This document shows, piece by piece, positions 24,815-36,292 of a stretch of 64,000 nucleotides of DNA; position 1 is the first letter of the stretch; each line of letters opens with the position of its first letter. The translations under genes and the position numbers were made by a program. A model generated the notes under the pieces. That model was not told the DNA's origin. It searched no databases and saw only the letters and a list, made by a program, of their open reading frames with translations. This stretch comes from Podarcis cretensis (taxonomy: Eukaryota): positions 74,896,001 through 74,960,000 of the forward strand of contig OX638150.1 of assembly GCA_951804945.1 (NCBI GenBank). The letters are read 5' to 3'.

Positions 24815-25011
24815 TTAAGGAATGGAACTAGGTAAGATAGGGGGAATTGGAAATGCGAGGAAATTATGTAAGGAAGATAGAAAGTCGGTTGGGGGGGGGA
24901 TGAAGGGGAGTTCGAGACTCGAAGGAGTCAAATTATAGGTGATGAAAAGATATGTTCTAAATGTTTGGTTGAAAAATGAAAACTTAATAAATATTATCAT
25001 AAAAAAGAGAA
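24815..25011 (+). mobile_element. L1-type 3'UTR fragment
   Basis: G-rich tract, AATAAA and A-rich tail; 12-bp TSD AAACTTAAATGC (24803-24814 / 25012-25023). Confidence 0.7.
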
Positions 25012-26212
25012 AAACTTAAATGCAACATGAGGCAAGTCTGAGGCAAGAAACAAGAAGACGCAGTTGGTCCCTCTTAACTGAACAGAACAGAGCTCACACT
25101 GCAAGAAGAGGCTGATTCGGAGCATAACACACAAGCCCCGCCCACCAGATACCAAACATTCTACCATTCAAATTAGGCCCCCGTGTTTTTCTTACACAAT
25201 ATGCTTCAGCATCATTTCCAAGCTTTTCTCTGAAACCACAGAGACTAGGAACTTGGTTGTTCTCACATGGGTTTTCAATACAAACCAGTTAAAGTATAAT
25301 AATATCACACACCGTGCATGTATGCATGTGATTTGCTGCAAAAGGGTTGAAATGTGAGAAATACAATACTGTGAGAAAACAATACATTTTTTCATGCGAG
25401 TGTAATTTGTAACTGGATCCATGGAAAGCTTGGCAGATTTCGGAACACACATGTTTGAAAAGGAAGGCAGAAATGGTGGCTCTGCAATATTTAAGTTGAA
25501 ATACGGGAACAGCATGGGCAGAGGAAGGACTGAAAAGGTTGGTGGCTTGTCTACTATCCTCTGCTTGTAAATTAGAAGGCTATTGTATCATACGTAAGAG
25601 TGAATTCATGAAAAATTACCATACACATCATACATCACTGTTGGTGAATGTTTACATAATTATAGAGTTCTGTAAAACTGCATTCAACATGTTACATGAA
25701 CTTTAAATGCTAAAGGTTTTCTCATTATGCTTCTATCTCCTCAAAGTGATGGAAGTATTATATAATTGAGATTTTTCTCCCTTTCTAGTTTGTTTTTCCC
25801 CCTGGCAAGTTTTTTTGTACCTTTCACAGCTACAGGTGGAAAATCAACAAATGCAAACCTGCACTGCTTCCGTTGTCAATGAACCTGGCATTCCAATCAC
25901 AAATTGGAGTCTGATATTCACTACAATGGAAGAGAATCATTCCGGGGACGGAGAAATGTACTTTTGTGCTTTGATTGAATGAGTCGTGTACACTTTTAAT
26001 GCTTATTAATGTGTTCATTCATGTACTGTATAAGAAAAGCTGGTTTGTTTGTTTGTTTTTGATAACCAGGGCAGGGGATCAGACTTCAGAGATAGCATTG
26101 TAAGTTTAGGAGGGGTTAGAAAGGAGAGAGCCTGAATGAGTGCAAATGTTTCTTATTTTCAACAGGCCATGTTGTGAAATACATCCTTTATTAGGGAAAC
26201 TACAGGTAGATG

Positions 26213-26569
26213 GGGACGCGGATGGCACTGTAGGTTAAACCACAGAGCCTAGGGCTTGCCGATCAGAAGGTCGGTAGTTTGAATCCCCGCGACTGGGTGA
26301 TCTCCCGTTGCTCGGTCCCTGCTCCTGCCAACCTAGCAGTTCCAAAGCACGTCAAAGTGCAAGTAGATAAATAGGTACTGCTCTGGCGGGAAGGTAAACG
26401 GTGTTTCCGTGCACTGCTCTGGTTCGCCAGAAGCGGCTTAGTCATGCTGGCCACATGACCCGGAAGCTGTGCGCCGGCTCCCTCGGCCAATAAAGTGTGA
26501 TGAGTGCTGCAACCCCAGAGTCGGTCACAACTGGACCTAATGGTCAGGGGTCCCTTTACCTTTTACCTT
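26213..26569 (+). mobile_element. Sauria SINE, full-length older subfamily
   Basis: tRNA-like head, ACCTTT tail, TSD TACAGGTAGATG (26201-26212 / 26570-26581). Confidence 0.93.
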
Positions 26570-26967
26570 TACAGGTAGATGACTTGAGACCAGAGTGAGC
26601 GTTTGGAGATGATTCATCCCTATTGACACCCACCCCTTGCCAGGGAGACCAGGCAACCTGACTGTGGATGGAGAACCACAGACTGCAGTTTGAGTGAACG
26701 GAAAAGAGACATCCAGAATTGAGCTTTGGGATTTGCACACCAACAGCACTTGGGAGGGAGGGTCTGGTTCTCTTTCTCCCTCCTGAGATCTGATATGGAA
26801 GCAGCAAATTTTAGAGTAGGTTTGCTGGAGATTATCTTAATGGCTAGATAATGTATGTTTTTTTTTGAGGGGTGGGAGCAGATTAGTTTACACAAAGGCT
26901 AAAGAACACTGTACATTTAAAGCATATTACTTCCCACCAAAGAATCCTGGGAACGTTTAAGATTATA

Positions 26968-27338
26968 AAAGGTAAGGTAAAGGTACCCCTGCCCGTACTG
27001 GCCAGTCTTGACAGACTCTGGGGTTGTGCGCCCATCTCACTTAAGAGGCCAGGGGCCAGCGCTGTCCGGAGACACTTCCGGGTCACGTGGCTAGCGTGAC
27101 ATCGCTGCTCTGGCCAGAGCCAGAGCCAGAGCCGCACACGGAAACGCCGTTTACCTTCCCGCTGGTAAGCGGTCCCTATTTATCTACTTGCACCCGGAGG
27201 TGCTTTCGAACTGCTAGGTTGGCAGGCGCTGGGACCGAGCAGCGGGAGCGCACCCCGCCGCAGGGATTCGAACCGCCGATTTTTCGATCGGCAAGCCCTA
27301 GGCGCTGAGGCTTTAACCCACAGCGCCACCTGCGTCCC
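26968..27338 (-). mobile_element. Sauria SINE, young subfamily
   Basis: Near-identical to the other young copies; TSD GATTATA (26961-26967 / 27339-27345). Confidence 0.95.
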
Positions 27339-27990
27339 GATTATACAACCTTCTAAAATTAGATTATACAACCTTCTAAAATTAGTGTATAATCTTATTC
27401 CATAATTATACAATAATAATTTAACAATGCATGGGCAAGTGATTTTGAGTGTTCCAATGTCTTCTTTCTGGGTGACTTAAGCTGTTTCTTCTTGATGTCC
27501 CATTGCAAGTTAACAGAGATTGCACACCATTTCCCAGAAACTGAAGCATCTTATAATTCCAGGGTTCTTAAATGCTGAGCTTTGGAGCACACAGAACTGC
27601 CCCTCCTTGGTGTTCTTCCTGCACGCCTTCTTCAGAAAGACCTTAGGAGCCAATCCTCAGTGGCCAATTCACCTCCTTTCACTCTGATTAGCTTCTCAAT
27701 TGCTAAAAAGCTAAAAAGCACCCCTTTCTTGCTCATTGGGTGGCTTGCTGATGCCGGATGCAGGCACCCTGCTGCAGAAATAATAGCAGATCTTGAACCC
27801 CAGCATCACAACTGGACCTCAGGTTGTAAGTCGCTTTTACTTTTTGTAAAAAGTACTAACGAATAAGTGCAATTAATAATAAGTCACATTTGACAGTGTC
27901 TTTGCACCCAAGGCAGATTTGGGCTGGGGGGACACATTCACTTGGAGGTTTGGATGCGTGAGTTGGCACAGCCCAAAGCTACTGTGGGGT

Positions 27991-27992
<2 letters not shown>

Positions 27993-28020
<28 letters not shown>
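27993..28020. repeat. (CA)n microsatellite
   Basis: Perfect AC dinucleotide run. Confidence 0.95.
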
Positions 28021-28024
<4 letters not shown>

Positions 28025-28049
28025 GTCCTAATTTTCAATCGCGATCATC

Positions 28050-28730
28050 GTGTATTCATGAGCCGCCATGCATATGAATATGCATAAGGCAAGCAGGGGA
28101 TCTCCCTCCCTCCTTAGCTGACCAGGCCCCGACCCCGCCTTCTGCGTCGCTCCTGCCCGAGACGCTGCGTAGTCCCTCCTCCGGCCGCTAGGTGTAGCCT
28201 TCCGCCTGGAGAAGAGCAAGGCGAGCAGGCCGGCGGCTTCTTCTTCTGCTAGGCCCCGTGGAAGCGGGGCGGGGAGGCTTCGCCGTGGCGCCATTCGCTC
28301 CGAGCCAGCCGGGTCGAAGTGTGTCGCAGGGGGCGGGGGAGGAGGCAGGACGCAGCTGCCGCGGAGGCTGCTAAGTGAAGGTACAGTCACGGGCCGGCCG
28401 GGCTGTCCTCTGGGCGGGGGAGCGCAGCGCTTGCCGGGCTCGCTCGCTCGCTCGCTGGCTGCGTGCAAAGCCCGTGGCTGGCGGAGGAGAAGCCGCCGCC
28501 GCCGCCGCCGCGCGCAGGGGCGGGAGATGGGCGCGGCGCCGTTGGTTGGGGGGGGGCGCTCCCTGTAGGGGTTGGGGAGCTCGGACGTGGGGGAGACCAG
28601 CCGGCCAGACCCGCCAGGTGGGGAGTAGGGAGAGAGATGTGGGGGTCAGAGTTGGCTAAGAGACTCTATGCAAGGTTTTGCATCGAAGGAAGCGAGAAGC
28701 CGAGCTCGGTTGTTGCTAAGCGCCGCGCAA
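28050..28730 (+). promoter_or_regulatory. CpG island; ABHD14A promoter and non-coding exon 1
   Basis: Very high CpG density, GC boxes (GGGGCGGGG), candidate donor GAAG|GTACAG at 28380/28381. Confidence 0.8.
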
Positions 28731-29030
28731 ACCCTTCTTTGTTTACTTCAGGAATTTTTATTCCTTTTCGTTTTAACTCAGCAGCGGCTTCACCTTAAAC
28801 GGCAAAAAGCACACTCTTCCATGGCAAAGAACGCCCTCCCTTCTTCCCCAGTTCTGCTATACTGTATTTAGTTTCTTAGGCCCCCAAGACCATTGAAAAT
28901 GTATACCTATTTGTTATATCTGAGGGAGTTTTCCAAGAGGGATAGAGCAGGTGACATTTTGGGGCTCCCTGGTTTTGTTTCCTTCTTCCTTTTTAAATCT
29001 ATGAGCACCTGTGGCTGCAACTACATGGGA

Positions 29031-29161
29031 CAGTGGCGTAGCGTGGGTTGTCAGCACCCGGGGCAAGGCAAGTAATTTGTGCCCCCTAACCCGTGGATTT
29101 GCGCCCCTAACCCCCAGATGTTGCGCCCGGCCCCCCCTGTACCCCCCACGCTACGCCACTG
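29031..29161. mobile_element. hAT-type MITE
   Basis: 17-bp TIR CAGTGGCGTAGCGTGGG; perfect 8-bp TSD ACATGGGA on both sides. Confidence 0.92.
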
Positions 29162-29539
29162 ACATGGGAGATTAGTTTGCTGAGTAGAACATGTGGGGGT
29201 TCTGGGATGTGGATGTTTCATGTATATAATAATATGATTGCCATAACAACTGACAACTCAGTTTTACATCTCTCTGCCTTCAGCAAAGTGTCCAGCAAGG
29301 GTTTCCTCATCAGCAGTGCCCGCTTTATGCTCCTTTTTGTGTCACTGAAGGAATTGAAGGAGGGGGAAAAGGGAAGGTGTGTATGCAAGTGGGAGGTTAA
29401 AAAAAAAAGGCTTGTAAACAAGGGTGTGTCTTGCTATACTTAACCAGGCAGGAGCAGTGGGAAGCTGTGTGCTTGTCCCGGCAGGAATGGTCTCTGCTTT
29501 GTCTTGAGGTTGTTAATGTTTCCTCTTTGCTGAGGGGGA

Positions 29540-30367
29540 ATGGCTGGGGCTCAGAGGCACCCAAGAGATAGTAGCGCTAAGCTCCTGAAAGACGGTGGAA
29601 GAATCCATCGGGTGCACCTCTCTTCGTCTGTGGCAAATTTGATTCAAGAGCTGTTGGAGCAGATAATATCTGAGCGGGATGCTTTAGGTCAAGCCCTGTC
29701 TTCTCTCTCGGCTGGACTGGCCAGACTGGAGAAGCACCTGGAAGAGACGGACCGTCGGGTAGAAGCTCTGGAAACAAAGGTGGTGTCCACGCAAAGCTGT
29801 GTTGTCAAACACTCCACTCTGATGAGGGAACTGGCAGTAGGGCGCCTGGTGGCCGACCGCAGGCTGGAGAGCCTAGAGAACAGAGTGCGAGCTCGGAACT
29901 TAAGGGTCACTGGTGTCCCAGCAGCTGTTGGAGATGTCAACCTCATTCCGTACCTAGAAAATCTGATGCCAGCTGCCTTGGATTTAAATGGGAAGGAGGT
30001 TCCCATCTGCATTGAAAGTGCATACCGTCTCCCAGCAAAGCATGCCCACGATGGTAGTGGCAGTACAGTGCTAATAACTCTCTCAGATGTACGCCATCGG
30101 GAGAGGATACTGAACGCACCGTGGGCTTCCCAGACAACAAAGTTCAACGGACACAAGGTATCCTTCTTTCCTGACCTCAGCCCTGCCACGTACGCCAGGC
30201 GGAAGCATTTCGTTGCACTCAAGCAACAGTTCCTGAAGGCAGGAGCTCGGGCTTACGTCTTGAGCCCTGCAAAGTTAAAGGTGGTGCACCAGGGAAAAAC
30301 CTACATCTTCAAGGACAGCAAATCTGCAGCCCAGCTGCTGGATAAAATCCAACAAGGTAGCTGGTGA
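29540..30367 (+). CDS. Intact LINE-1 ORF1p-derived protein (Transposase_22 / L1TD1-like: coiled coil + RRM + CTD), candidate domesticated gene or ABHD14A exon
   Basis: 275-aa open frame with strong Kozak (GGAATGG). Heptad coiled coil, then LENRVRARNLRVTGVP, IESAYR, RERIL, FNGHKVSFFPDLSPATYARRKHF and PAKLKV..GKTYIF, the conserved ORF1p motifs in the expected order. Confidence 0.85.
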   Translation: MAGAQRHPRDSSAKLLKDGGRIHRVHLSSSVANLIQELLEQIISERDALGQALSSLSAGLARLEKHLEETDRRVEALETKVVSTQSCVVKHSTLMRELAVGRLVADRRLESLENRVRARNLRVTGVPAAVGDVNLIPYLENLMPAALDLNGKEVPICIESAYRLPAKHAHDGSGSTVLITLSDVRHRERILNAPWASQTTKFNGHKVSFFPDLSPATYARRKHFVALKQQFLKAGARAYVLSPAKLKVVHQGKTYIFKDSKSAAQLLDKIQQGSW

Positions 30368-30604
30368 AAGGTTATGGTGAATAAGGATAAATTGAAATCT
30401 GAGCCAGGAAGCCATGGCCCTTCTTTCTTATGATTGTGAATTTCACACTAGTGTGCAGCTTTGTTTTGGCTATCTCTGTCCCTTCTTTATTTTGAGTAAA
30501 AAGTAGTTAGTAACGGATACAAAGGAATGAAAACTAGCTAAGATTTACCATCACTGCAAGCCTTGTGAGGTATGCAATATCTTGGGATAGCTTCTGTGAA
30601 AGTT

Positions 30605-30985
30605 GTTTATTCCTGTGAAGAAAGGTTGCAGCGTTTGGGACTCTTTAGTTTAGAGAAAAGGCGAGTAGGAGGTGGCATTATAGAAGTATGCATAGCATGG
30701 AAAAACCGGATAGAGAAAAGTTTTCCTCCCTTTCTCATGACACTAGAACTTGTGGAGATCCAGTGAAGCTGGATGTTGAAAGATTCAGGACAGATAAAAG
30801 AAAGCACTTCTTCATGCAGTGCATAGTTAAACTACAGAAGTGGTGATGCGTACCAACTTGGATGACTTTGAAAGAGGATTAGACAAATTCATGGAGAAGT
30901 ATAGCAGTGGCTACTTTCTATGGTGACTGTGCTGTGCCTCCACACTTGGAGGCTGTACTGCTTCTGAATACCAGTTGCTGAAAAT
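30605..30985 (+). mobile_element. CR1 LINE 3' fragment
   Basis: Degenerate EERLQRLGLFSLEKRR ORF2 end and typical CR1 3' sequence (agattcaggacagataaaagaaag...gaggattagacaaattcatggag). Confidence 0.85.
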
Positions 30986-33042
30986 CAGCAGCACGTTTTG
31001 AAACATCTTTGGAATCTGGGGTCCCTTCCCTCTTTTGCCTCCCCCTTATCAAGGTGTGTTCTGCCTCACAAAATGTTACTGCAGTTTTCGTCATCCCTGA
31101 CTGTTGGTCATTCTGGTTGGGGCTCATGGGAACAGGAATCCCACCCCTCCCTGCCCACTGTTGAGTGAGCTGCACAGGACCTCTTGACCAGGGCTGGGGA
31201 ACTGAGGGCCCACCAAATGTTAGATTCCTGCACCTATGCTGTTTTACCAGAGCATATTGATATGACGGTTCACTCACTGACAGCTGCAATATTAGCTGTA
31301 ACTACTAAATAGAACAAATATCAGTCTGCCTTCCCTGGAGAAAAGGCTCCTAAGAGTGTAGGATATCGTTTATGGTTGAATTAGCTATTATTGTTAGAAT
31401 TAAGGAACGGGAGATTTAAGAGGCAATGCATTTACTTAAAAAATGAGCCTTTTCAATGTCTACTGGAATGCTAGGAGTTTAGGATGATGTACAGCCTTAG
31501 GCACTATAAGGCGAAGCATAAGGATAACTTTGTTTCCTATGGGAACATGTTTCCTATGGGAATAACAGCCTAGTGATAAACAAGCCAACGAAAGAGAGTC
31601 CGTTTAGTGATACCAGCTATTCCATTTGGCTGGGAAGTTTGTATTATTTGTTACATTAGGTATATTGCATTATGCTTGTTGAACATGTGTGTTGTGAGTC
31701 AGCAAAATAAATTTTGAAAAAACCTGGGGGGATTTGGAAAAGGTATTGGGAAGAGGCAACAGAGGGACACCTAGCAGGCTCCCTCTGGATGGGTATGAGA
31801 ATGGTGGGTTGCAAATGGGGAGAGAGAAAAGAGGATTGAGTTGTCACCTTTTCACTAACAGATCTCCTGTGCATTAATAACTGTGTGAGTCGCTGCTGAA
31901 TTTCTGCATTCATTAGCATAGAAATCCAGTAAACTGGGGAGTGAAACGCATTTCTGAATTTTTGCCAGTTGTGTGGCTGATGAAAACATGATAGGCCAGC
32001 CTTCTAGACGGACCTTGACCACTGTGCTGGGGAAGAGACATGGTGCAATATACATTCTTTTTATTAATGGCAAGTTGTCAGTGCCAGTTGCAGGTTTTGG
32101 AGAGCTCTCAGTCAAGTTATCATTAGTCCCCTGCCTCTTAGTACAGGCCCAACCTTCTCATTGTTTCAAGCTGCTGCTGTACTTCCTTTCATTGTTACTA
32201 TGTTCTCATCTGCCATGGCATGAGCAAGCAGGCAGTGGTTTGCCCTGCCCTCTGTAGGTGAGGAGCACAAGTGCAGAACTCTTGGTTGGGGCCCATTAAA
32301 AGTGTGGCCCTTGTGGCCCATGCCAGCCCACCTTTTTTCTTTGCCTGGTTTAAAATCAGAGGGGCGGCTCTTCTGAGTGCCTGGGCAAACAGTGAGGGAG
32401 TGCCATTGTGCTCATGCCCAGGTTGTGGGCTTACCAGTGGCATCTAGATGGCCACTGCAGCAAATGGGACCTAGCAGAGCTGTTCCTGGAGGATGTACTG
32501 AAAATGTGTAGAAGCAGGCTTGAAGCATTAGTAGAACTTAATTGTTCCTAAGCTGCTTGGGCAATTGCAACTTTTGGCCTCAGCCTACCCAGCTCCAGCA
32601 GGTATCGTAAAAACTTGGAGAATATCACTGATGCAGAGACAAACTTGAAGTAGCTAATGTTGAGCAAGATGAGTTGGGGCATCTTGGGTTCTCTGAACCT
32701 CTCAGCAAAAGGACTAGGTTTCTGTGGTACAAAATCAGAAGAGGTTTTGGGGATATATGGTTCCTACACTGAACCTGGGTCAAAGCACCACTACCCAGTG
32801 CGATCATTTTATTATTTATTTGGAGTATGCATGCTGTTACAGAGAAGGCCACATGCCCAAAGAGAGGCTACTCTGGACACAGCCTCCTTAATCTTTCCTG
32901 AGTCTTTCCTGCAATTTGTAATCCTTGTAATCCTGCAATTTGAGTTGCTGTATAGAATTCACCTGTTTCCTTGCCTGTGTTCAAATTCTCTGATCCTAGT
33001 GGTTCTCTTCCTTCCTTTCTGTCTCAAACTCTTTCAGAAAAG

Positions 33043-33314
33043 ATGACTATGACTTTGATCCGCAACAGGCTGGGGCTGCTGGTCTTAGGAGTCCTTGTCA
33101 CCTTCGTCCTCTACCTGTTGCTGCCGGCAATCCAGCATGAGAGATTCACATCCTCGGTAGACATCCCCAAGCCAAGGGCTATGGAGGAAGAAATGAATAA
33201 GGGTCAAGGCACAGGCAACATCACCATCTTGACAGGGACAGTTCTGCAAAATCCCTCTGTTTTCTTTAGAGAAGCTGTACAGGTACAGAAAGATGGGCCA
33301 CCCTTCACTGAAAG
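33043..33314 (+). CDS. ABHD14A: ABHD14A first canonical coding exon (MTMTLIRNRLGLLVLGVLVTFVLYLLLP..., signal anchor)
   Basis: Acceptor ctctttcag| at 33037/33038, ATG 33043, donor GAAAG|GTAAGC; N-terminal TM helix, NIT sequon, VFFRE motif. Confidence 0.92.
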
Positions 33315-34037
33315 GTAAGCCCCGCCCCCGAACTCTGACTGTAATGAGATAAAATGGCCCTTGTCACCTTAAATAATAAACCAGTTCCATGGCAGCCTGT
33401 CCATACTGACAGTTTGCAACTGCATCAGCTTAGGTTATGATTCTAGTAGTGTGTCCTCATGCAATAATCAGACTACTAGAGACAAAACAAATTTTGACAA
33501 ATTGTTCTTCCTTTGATCCAGCAGTGCATTCTGTGCCTCTGCAGATACGCAAGTGCTTGTTGACTAAACCAAGATGGCTGTTATCTAAAGCATCTTTGAA
33601 TTAAAACTATCCTGGTAGCTGCACTTCTGCTGCTAAAAATGATCCTTCAGCACTTGGGAGAATAAATACATTTTGGCGTTTCAGTTACTTTTCCACTCAG
33701 AGGTGCCAAAAGATGACTGTTACAATGGTGAAGTATCCAGATCTAGACTTTACCTCTGGATCAGCTGTTTCACAGATCTTTTTGTTTCTTTCCAGCAAAG
33801 TGCAGAAATGTTCAACATAGCAATAGCCTGCTGAGTCTTGCTGATGCTGAAGTTTTCCTCCTATGTTTGTTGTGCTAACCTATTGGACTTTTCAGGTGGT
33901 AGCTTTATTGTGCAAGTCCTATGTTATTGCAGAAGATCCAAACACCTTTTTCCTCAGCTAGCACATTTGTTGTAAAGAATCTCATTTTCCTAGCTGTCAA
34001 GCACAATATTTCAGCACTAAAGAGACAGACAGACAGA

Positions 34038-34385
34038 TACTGTATATACTTGAGCATATGCCAACTTTTTCAGCACATTTTTTATGCTGAAAAAGCCCCC
34101 CATGGCTTATACTCGAGTGAGGCAGGTAGCAGTGGCAAAGGGAGGAGTGGCCCGAAAAGAGCCCTTTCTCGCCGCTGGTCCCACTGCTGCCACCCACCTC
34201 TCGCAAGGGCATCACAGTGCCTCTCCCAGCTGTGGTTGGGAGAGGCACTGTGCTGTGCTGCGCCTCTCCCCACTGCAGCTCCTATGCCTGCTCTTGCGAG
34301 TGGCAGAGGCAGCAGCAGAGGGACAAGCAGCCCGAAAGGAGCCCTTTCTTGCCACTGGCCCCGCCGCCGCCGCCCTTGTCACACC
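34038..34385 (+). mobile_element. Partial Tc1/mariner(pogo)-like non-autonomous element with internal direct repeat
   Basis: Degenerate terminus tactgtatatacttgagcatatgcc...ggcttatactcgagt; two diverged copies of a gcccgaaa-gagccctttct-gcc-ctgg unit. Confidence 0.55.
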
Positions 34386-34915
34386 CAAAGCAACTAGATA
34401 ATTTTATGTAAAACTGCCGGTTCCCAAAGTTTTGTAAACTATTACCTCAGATGAGGAAATTCATTCTTTCTCCAATATTTCACTAACAAATCCTTGCTGT
34501 TAGTCATATAATGAAATAATTTCTCACTTTCTTTGACATGAGTTCTTATTGGTGAGCGCTGGTGACATCAGTGGTGACGATCTGCAATCCTCATTCTCAA
34601 TACCCACACCTATAAAATATTTTACTTTCATTTTTCTGTGTTGGAGAACCTGAGTACTGTTTACTATGCCACTGTATCTTAAATGTGTGTATATCCTTTG
34701 CTGCAGTCCTGTGTTACTGTGTGAAGTGTGAACTCTCTTCCTCATTTACATTTAATTCTAGGCTGTGTGCAGCTCACAAGTGCTGGAGTGTGTATATACC
34801 CTCCCCTTCAGAAAATCTACTGCTTTCCCACCCCCATCCAGGCTATCATTACTTCTGTATTTGTTGTTTGTTTCTTCATTTGCAAATAGACTATACACTG
34901 TGTTTTCTTTTCCAG

Positions 34916-35031
34916 GTTGGCAGTGATCTTCCTGCATGGTCAGTCCTTCAATTCCAAAAAATGGGAAGAATTGGGGACACTAGCTTTACTTTCTGAGAAT
35001 GGATATCGTGCAATAGCCATTGATTTGCCTG
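34916..35031 (+). CDS. ABHD14A: ABHD14A coding exon ([22 protein letters not shown]...AIDLPG)
   Basis: ttttccag| ... CCTG|GTGAGA, 116 nt, phases match the neighbouring exons. Confidence 0.97.
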
Positions 35032-35255
35032 GTGAGAATAAGCTGCAGACTTACCCATGTTGGAGCTTTATGTGCTCTTACAGTTCATCAGGGAGAAATA
35101 ACATAAAAATGTGTGTATCTAACTTCATCACTGGCACTTTAGTTGACAGTGAGCAAAGGTATAAGAAAAAGCACCACTTACTGTGTTCACTAAACTACTC
35201 CCACATAACTGGGGCAGGGGTAAAGGTTTGGCATGTATGGGTGTTAGAGGTAGTA

Positions 35256-35468
35256 CAGTGGTACCTCGGGTTACAAACGCTTCGGATTACAAACTCCGCT
35301 AACTCGGAAGTAGTACCTCAGGTTGCAAACTTTGCCCCAGATGAGAACAGAAATTGCGCACTGCCAACAGGAGGCCTCATTAGCAAAATCACACCTCATG
35401 TTAAGAACGGTTTCGTGTTAAGAACGGACCTCCAGATTGAATTAAGTTCGTAACCCGAGGTACCACTG
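35256..35468 (+). mobile_element. Tc1/mariner MITE (CAGTGGTACCTCGG family)
   Basis: TIRs and TA TSD. Confidence 0.9.
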
Positions 35469-35479
35469 TACCTCATGGC

Positions 35480-36148
35480 AGGGACGTGTCATGCTTCTCC
35501 TGGGGTAGTTTGTCTATCTTTGGTCCCCACCCCCTACTCAGCTCTCAGCTGAGGCTCCTAGAAGCTGTCAGCATGCAACAGCAGCCACAGCCCAGGAGCA
35601 GCTTTGACTGGCCTTCTAACCATGTGAGGGTAGCTGATGGGTCTCAAACCCTCAGTGAGTTTGGGGCTTTCCCTCCATACAAAGACAAGCTTTGGCGGAT
35701 TGAGCAGATGAAACCAATAGTGGGTCCAACAGTCAAGAAGGCCGTTTCTGCTCATGATGTAGAGGAAGTGAGGGGCAGACTGGGCTAGTCAGTCTGGGAA
35801 GGTAGCCCTTCTTGGACAAGGAAAACTCTGGTCCTAAACCTTTTCTGTTTTGTGGGATATCTTCTGGAGAAGAAAAGGCTAAGGAGTAAATCCCTAATGG
35901 CGTCTTGTGCGCCTCATTCCGGCAACTCCTGCAGCCAGGCTGGTGCCAGATGTAGTGTTGTGCTGTCCTTTGGACCACCTCAGTGAGGCCAAGAGGAGGG
36001 TCTTCTTGTCTGGGCAGCCCAAGACCTCCACACACACTTCCCAGGCTTGCACCCTGGGGAGGTTACTTTGGTGCTGCTAACGCAGCGGTTTGACTTCACC
36101 CTAGAGGGCAGATGGATGCCCTCTAAGCAGATGGATGCCAACAGCAAC
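35480..36148 (+). mobile_element. ~700-bp interspersed repeat, RTE-like (copy 2)
   Basis: Colinear with 4266..4960 with similar start and end points. Confidence 0.55.
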
Positions 36149-36156
36149 TGGTAAAG

Positions 36157-36292
36157 CAGTGGTGGCCAAACATGGCTCTCTAGCTGTTTTTGGACTACTA
36201 CTCCCATCATCCCTAGCTAACAGGACCAGTGGCCAGGGATGATGGAAATTGTAGTCCCAAAACAGCTGGCGGGCCAAGTTTGGCCACCACTG
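36157..36292. mobile_element. hAT-type palindromic MITE
   Basis: TIR CAGTGGTGGCCAAAC; perfect 8-bp TSD TGGTAAAG. Confidence 0.9.

Noticed and set aside
29689-30222. 177-aa minus-strand ORF
   Set aside because: Antisense shadow of the ORF1p-like coding sequence.
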